From NCBI GenBank assembly GCA_964016885.1, contig OZ024740.1, positions 68,572,001 through 68,636,000 on the forward strand: a DNA stretch of 64,000 nucleotides, in the 5' to 3' direction. Made by a program: the position numbers and the translations under genes. Below, piece after piece: positions 57,340 to 64,000 of this stretch. Origin of the DNA: Eledone cirrhosa. Taxonomy: Eukaryota. The notes below the pieces were generated by a model. It was not told the DNA's origin, searched no databases, and worked only from the letters and a program-made list of their open reading frames with translations. Every line of letters begins with the position of its first letter. Within the stretch, counting starts at the first letter, position 1.

Positions 57340-58690
57340 AACAAATTATCGTTATAGGTAATCCAGTTAGAGGTTGTGAGTACTCTGTATTGTGGATAGT
57401 TTTAACTTACGGCGTTGTTTGACTCAACAAAATGATTCCTTATTTAGATGGCGAGTTCCCGGAAATTCCTCTGCAGGTTAATCTTGGAGTAATAATAGTG
57501 AAAGAGTGAAGAATAACATGGTCAACAGTACAGACATGGTTTTATTTACAGTATTAACAATTGTTTCATTGATTAGGATGTCTAAAGATTGATAATCACT
57601 TGAAGTTGTGTCACTCAATCATAAATACAATGTATGCCTAATCAAATCATCGGAATAACTGACAAAATTACACTCGATATCTGTCTTTATATTACGGAGA
57701 TTTCTAATAATAACATAATGATAAAGAAATAAAAATAAAAATAAAAAAAAAATAATAAATAATAAAGAAGTTAGAATGAAGATGATAAAAAATAAGGTAA
57801 CAAAACTATACGTGAAAAAATATATGAACATCATATGATTGTTGAAAATAGTGGTGGTGGTAGTTAAAGTTATAGTGGTGTGTAAGTATAAAGATGTGAT
57901 GAGGGTAGGAATATTATTAATATGAAAATAAATATTAAATATATACGTATATGTATTGGTTAAATCACAGATGGTTAGAGTAGGAAGAAAGATAAATTAA
58001 TGAATTAGAAGTTATGTTAGAGGTTAAGAGATATAGGATAGGAGATTTATGATGTTGATTTAGTGATTAGCTCGTTTGTTGTCAGTTAATAATAGTGAGT
58101 TTGTATGTAGTTATTATAATAGACCCTGGATGGATCAGCTTGTACTATGGCGTTATTGGATCGAATCATGTTGGTTTGAAATTTGCGAATTTAGTAGCTG
58201 CTTTGGGCCTACAGAGAATTGATCGTTCTATTTTGCTGTTAAGCAGCATTTTGTCATACTTTAAAATATGGAACAGCTCCATATTGCAAAGTCCCAGTGA
58301 GACATTCTATTTCTGTAGTTGTTTGCTCCCGATAATTTCGACCAGCTAATCCTGTATTCTTGGTTTGTATCCTTAAGTTGCCAGATTATATTGGCCAGCG
58401 TGTTTGTGTTCACTAGTCTACGGTTCATCAAAGAATATATGTGGACATACCATTTTTTTTTTACTCCCCAGCCGTAGAAGCTATGTAGTTCCATGCTAAG
58501 TTGCCCGAATTTATAGTACACAGATATACTATATTTGATTCCAGGCATCTATTTTGTAGTGGGCACTTATCCGGTAAGTGGCAGTTACATAGGGAGGCCT
58601 ACCTGTGTGCAGGTTCTCCGTTGCGGTTTTGTATGTTGTAATGTATGGGTTGAGATACTAATAATATGTTATGTATGGGTTGAGATACTA
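57340..58690 (-). mobile_element. Inverted 3' portion of a PLE (decayed GIY-YIG, 3' UTR and HHR)
   Basis: NTLANIIWQLKDTNQEYRISW; ~58341-58660 is the inverted copy of ~60420-60735. Confidence 0.87.
57549..57661 (-). ncRNA. Variant-core hammerhead motif (CCGATGA) with long stem II at the PLE 3' end
   Basis: cagttatt-CCGATGA-tttgattagg...cctaatcaat-GAAA-caattg-TT-aatactg; 9-bp stem II base and palindromic CAATTG. Confidence 0.68.
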
Positions 58691-60740
58691 ATAATAACAA
58701 TGAGGAATTTACTAGTGAAAAATACGGGTTCAAATCCTACAAAAATCCACCGAATAACCCTCAACTCGATGCCTTTGAACTCGACCTCGTGAACATGATA
58801 AACAGAACCAAATTCAAAAATCGGACAGGGTACAACTGCAAAACGACAACAATGCACTACTAAAATATCTACGTAACACCAACGGTATTATAGTAAAAGC
58901 GGACAAAACATCAAACGTATAAACCATGAACCTTAATACAAACAATAACTTTAAACGCTGTGAATTACACAAACATTACAGGAAAACTATGGCATCTACA
59001 CTCACTAGCATTAATAAGGATGGACTTAATATAGTAAACAAAACTGAAAATATCTGACAGAACCGAGCCTCTGACCTCTTGTAAACCCACATTTAATCTA
59101 AAATATCATAAAAATAACTTCGAAACTGACCCTACTATTAGATTAATATGCCCATCGAAATCGGATATAGGTACAATTAGCAAGTATATACTAGATAGAA
59201 TATTAGCACAAATTAAAGACAAACTAATAATTAATCTATGGCGTAACACTAACGAAGCAATAGATTGGTTTCGCAAAATTGACAATAAGGAAACATCCGA
59301 CTTTATACAGTTTCACATCAATGACTACTACTCCTCCATTTCCCCAGTCACTCTAAATAAGGCACTAACATTTGCACAGAAAAACTCGGACCTATCCTCT
59401 GATGAAATTAGAATAATACTATCTGCTAGGAGAACTATCATTAGGTTCGATAATAGTTACTGGGAATTAATAAAAATCAGAATTGCTTCGATATCACTAT
59501 GGGATCTAAGGGCTCAGCTCAAGTAACAGAGATAGTTGGAATATATATAGCGCATAACTTACCTAGGGAATTTAATAACCCCCAAGGAGGAATTTATAGA
59601 GACGATACACTCCTTTTAGCTAAAAACTTAAATAATCAAAACTTGGAAAGATTACGTAAAAACATTACAATCTTCTTCAATAAACTAGGCCTATGCATCA
59701 CTTTCGAACTTAATTCTAAAAAAGCTAACTTCTTACATGTAACACTCAATCTTAACGCAGCAAAATAGAGCCCTTCCATAAAAATAACGAAAATCTAGCA
59801 TATATTAGTTATAACTCAAACCAGCCTAGCTCCATAATTAAGTCCATAGAACATTGTGTATCCCTCAGAATTTCGCGCTTATCTTCTAACCTAGATATGT
59901 TTAATTAACACGCAAACTACTATAACATAGCTTTACTTAAGGCAGGCCACAAGTAGAGGCTGAAATACATACCAGATACAGACAACAACACTACCCACAC
60001 CTATAGAAATAGCAAATATAGGACTAACCATGGAAATAGACAACGACCACCAGAAATAACTGAACGAAATACGAATATAAGGATCCCTAGGAACTATAGA
60101 AAATCCAGAGATAGGAAATACTTATGGTTCAATCCAATATTCAACTCCTTTATAAAAACAAAATTACCTTCTACATTCTTTAAATTAATTGACAATCACT
60201 TTCCTAAACTTCACAAATACCATAAGATCTTTAACAGAAAAACTATCAAACTGTCTTACTCTACTGCAGCCAACATAGAATCACACATACATAAAATTAA
60301 CTATAGAAGAATCTCTAATGAAAATAACCTACAAACACCAACTACAAAACACAAACTCATAACAACATCACAACCACATAAAAGTCAGAACGCATCACAA
60401 CAAAACATCCAGAAACACAAATCTCAACCAGTACATAACAACATACAAAACCGCAACGGAGAACCTGCACACGGGAAGGCGTCCAAATGTAACTGCCACT
60501 TACCGGATAAGTGCTCACTATAAAATAGATGCTTGGAATCAAATATAGTGTATCTGTGTACTATAAATTCTGGCAACTCAGCATGGCACTACATAGGTTC
60601 TACAGGTGGGGAGTTTAAAAAAATATGGTACTTCCACAGACTTTCTATGAATAACCATACACTAGTGAACACAACAACGCTGACCAATGCAATATGGCAG
60701 CTTAAGGATACAAACCAAGAATACTGTACGAGCTGAAGAT
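58690..60740 (+). pseudogene. Penelope-like RT plus GIY-YIG pseudogene
   Basis: YGFKS..AFELDL, IVKADKTSN, RLICPSKSDIGTISK, LWRNT..IDWF, FIQFHINDYYSSI, FDITMGS..AQVTEIVG, GIYRDD, NFLHVTLNL, WFNP, HFP..HKIFNRKTIKLSYS, NIVY..YIGST; several stops and frameshifts. Confidence 0.93.
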
Positions 60741-60796
60741 CCACTAAGGTGAAACACAATTATTCTCGGTATGGTGAACTAACTGTTGTGTTACCA

Positions 60797-60862
<66 letters not shown>

Positions 60863-60961
60863 CCCACAACTACTATGAAATCCCACAATGAATTTTATAC
60901 TTGAATTTTCAAATCTCAAATTTTAACTCTTCGTATTATTAATTTTTCTTAATATTAATCA

Positions 60962-61008
60962 ACATTTGAAAAGATGGCTTTTGCAGACCCATCGAAACCG
61001 GTCATTTT
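60962..61008 (+). ncRNA. Decayed hammerhead motif in a small TA-flanked repeat (60857-61141)
   Basis: TTGAAAA-gatgg..ccatc-GAAA-ccgg-TC; stem II, GAAA, palindromic CCGG and GUC are intact, but there are two core substitutions and a weak stem I. Confidence 0.45.
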
Positions 61009-61140
61009 TTATACTCTTTATTATTTCCTTACCTTATAAAATTATATGTTTTTTCACAAAAAAGTATTCTGTCTCTTATATATTCCATGTGCCATTACCA
61101 ACCTCTATAACCTTCGTTTTGTGTAGAAAATTACACTTTT

Positions 61141-61171
<31 letters not shown>

Positions 61172-61177
61172 GTGTGT

Positions 61178-61346
61178 GTAGTAGTAGTAGTAGTTGTAGT
61201 AGTATTAGTAGTAGTAGTAGTAGTAGAACAGCAGCAGCAGCAGTAGGAGTAGTATTGGGGGTAGCAGCAGAGCGACAGCAGAGGCAGAGCGGCAGTAGTA
61301 GTAGCTGCGGCAGCGGCAGCAGCAGCAGTTGTAGTAGTAGTAGTAT

Positions 61347-61408
<62 letters not shown>
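61178..61408. repeat. (GTA)n/(GCA)n microsatellite
   Basis: Direct inspection. Confidence 0.95.
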
Positions 61409-61409
<1 letters not shown>

Positions 61410-61899
61410 AGAAACGCATATCGGTATCGACAGAGGCGGAGGGAGAGAGAAACACCGATATAAGCCTGAAGAACTTGGAATAATTACCAAGTTGTTTCCT
61501 TTATTCATATTACTGGTTCTGGAAAACGTTACAGTGTTGATGATATGTTCCTATTTAAATGGCTATAGATATGCCATATACATGTCGTAGAAAGGTACCA
61601 AACGAAGGTGATCTTCAGCTTTTATATTATTCTAAAAAGTATGAGACACTTTACGTTTAATGTATATTCATTGCATAATAAACACACCGAAATGTAAACA
61701 TAAGTATATTGAAAAAAGTAGAATATTTTATTTGAAGCAAATAGGTGGAAGAATGACTGTGTGGTTAATAAGTCTCCTTCGAAATCATGTGGTTTTGCAT
61801 TACGTTTCATATGTGGCATTTTCACCGAACCCATTAGACGCAAGGAGAGTATTGACCTCTTTTAACTGCTTCATTGTGTTAAATCTAGGACTTCACTGG

Positions 61900-62460
61900 C
61901 CGGAATGTATCTGTGATTAATTCATTATATTTAGAAAATAATCTTTACGATAGATTCTATTTTGTATGTGAACCTTACTTTGTGAAACAAAATCTTGGGA
62001 TATAATTGTTGCTTTTGTCTGAATGAAGCGGTTGTATTCATCGTATCCACAGTGTCTCTAAGACCAGAGAGACTAAACATATCTAAAATGTGTGCAAGGA
62101 GAACACCTTACTTGAAGTGATTATTTTGATGCTGTAGATGGATTTGGATATCATAGAAATGACAGACACAAGGGAGTTGTCTCACCGAAGTAATGTAGGA
62201 AATACCAAGGTGTTATACAATGTACCCTGACAAGGATATAATGAATAGCATAGAAATAGAGATGATGCTTGTTAAAGAGCTTTCTAATTTAGAAGTTCGT
62301 TGTATTTTGTAAGATATATTGTATGATGGCTTATCAGATTTCATCGCATTATCTATGTTTCTGGCTGGTCCAAATGTCTTCGACAAACTGGTTATTGTTT
62401 TTAAATTGAATGGATTGTTAATAATGTTTCTCGTATTTCATTGCAATCTACTCGTTGTAG
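61900..62460 (+). mobile_element. Highly decayed mariner relic
   Basis: ctaaacatatctaaaatgtgtgcaagg translates LNISKMCAR (compare LxMxKVCARWVP); downstream gtcttcgacaaactggtt resembles the C-terminus. Confidence 0.35.
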
Positions 62461-63347
62461 AAGTTATATATATGATTGCTCAAAAACATAAGAGACTCTA
62501 ACGATGTGGTTGGCTGTCTGTATAATTATGTGGAGTGGAAATATCCCTGATATATATGTAGATTCTCATTAAATATTTTCGAATTTCTTTTTTAAGAAAC
62601 ATTAAAATATGAACCACTTTGTATATCATAGATTTATTGAGTTATCATATTTTTTCCTTTTACTAAAAATATATGTAAAGGTAATAATTAGGAAATGTTC
62701 AATTTATTCATAAAAATATCTTCCGAAATCTATTATAATCAATTATTAAAAATGTTAATGGATTAAATTACTTTTTGATTCGGGATAAATATCCCTGTTT
62801 TTCATAGAATGGAACGCAGAAAAAATATTTTCTACTTGAAATATTGAAATGTTTGATCTAGAAATTTATCTTATTAAAGTATGCTGTTCGTAGTAAAAAT
62901 ATCTTCTTATGAAAATTAATAAATATCTATTTGATCCATTGGAAAATGTTATATTGAAAATGCATATATATCACAGTAATAATCAGGATATATATTTTAA
63001 ATTTACATTAAAATTATTTGTTTACTGCATGTTAGATTTAGTAAAACATAAAAACCAACGTAATCAAACAGATTTCTCATCCACTATATGATTTCTTTTT
63101 ATTTTAGTATTATGGCATTATACATCAAATCTATGGTTAATGATGGATCTAGGATGAAGTAATATACTTCTGATAAACATGATATTATATAATGGTATTA
63201 GGATTCCCTAAAGAATAAACAACCTACGAAATGGTAAAATGTATATATTTGAATTTGTGTTGTTTTATATTACTTCATTACTTTTTATCTCATTTAATTT
63301 CCAATCTGCTCCCCATGATTCCAGCAACGTACATTTAGATCTCTCTG

Positions 63348-63463
<116 letters not shown>

Positions 63464-63924
63464 CACACAGAGTGTGAGAGAGGGAGAGAGATGTGTGTGT
63501 GTGTGCATGTGCGTGTGTGTGTGTGTGTGCGTATGCGTGTGTGTCTGTGCGTTTGGAATAGGAGCATTAAACAGCCGAAGATTGCGATAACGCTATATAT
63601 GTATATATAAAGAGTGCGTAACCGAGACTGCGTCAATATTCACATTTGTAATATGTAGGCTTGTAAACATGAGAGTCAATACAAATTTCCTAGTAAATCG
63701 AAAAAAAGGGGAAAAACCAGTTTAATCGATTGTCGTGCCTAGTTGAGTCATCATCTGGAGATGTATATATCATCTAAACAACGATAAGGAAACATGTGTT
63801 TGGTAAGCTTATATACCCATTCACTCTGAGTAGTATTCTGAATTAGACGAACTAATTTGCAAAAGTATTTCAGATCGTGTTGGTAGTTAATTAGCCCATA
63901 CCCACGCACAAATACACACACAAA

Positions 63925-64000
<76 letters not shown>

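Noticed and set aside
60729-60768. cgag-CTGAAGA-tccactaaggt-GAAA-cacaatta-TT-ctcg hammerhead-like string
   Set aside because: It overlaps the broken end of the GIY-YIG coding sequence; stem II has only 2 bp and stem III is unpaired. It is probably coincidental, though not excluded.

Overview
AT-rich, microsatellite-saturated eukaryotic DNA. It is intronic or intergenic and, by inference from the SINE family and repeat landscape, probably from an octopus. No host protein-coding exon can be supported, and almost all ORFs in the track are microsatellite artefacts. The window is a mosaic of decayed transposons: RTE and RTE-X, L1/Tx1-like and Ingi/Vingi-like LINE fragments, several Tc1/mariner relics, many copies of one tRNA-derived SINE, Helitron-type non-autonomous elements and two Penelope-like elements (PLEs). 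One PLE keeps an uninterrupted ~279-codon frame ending in a GIY-YIG endonuclease domain. The main signal is non-coding: at least 15 type I hammerhead ribozyme (HHR) motifs, intact or decayed, from about 8 unrelated small repeat families. Two of these families show tandem or circularly permuted monomers (~420 nt and 630 nt), as expected for retrozyme-like circular RNAs. Seven loci show the same back-to-back inverted architecture with both 3' ends facing outward, mostly into (TA)n. All structures were folded and translated by eye, and coordinates of decayed elements are approximate.
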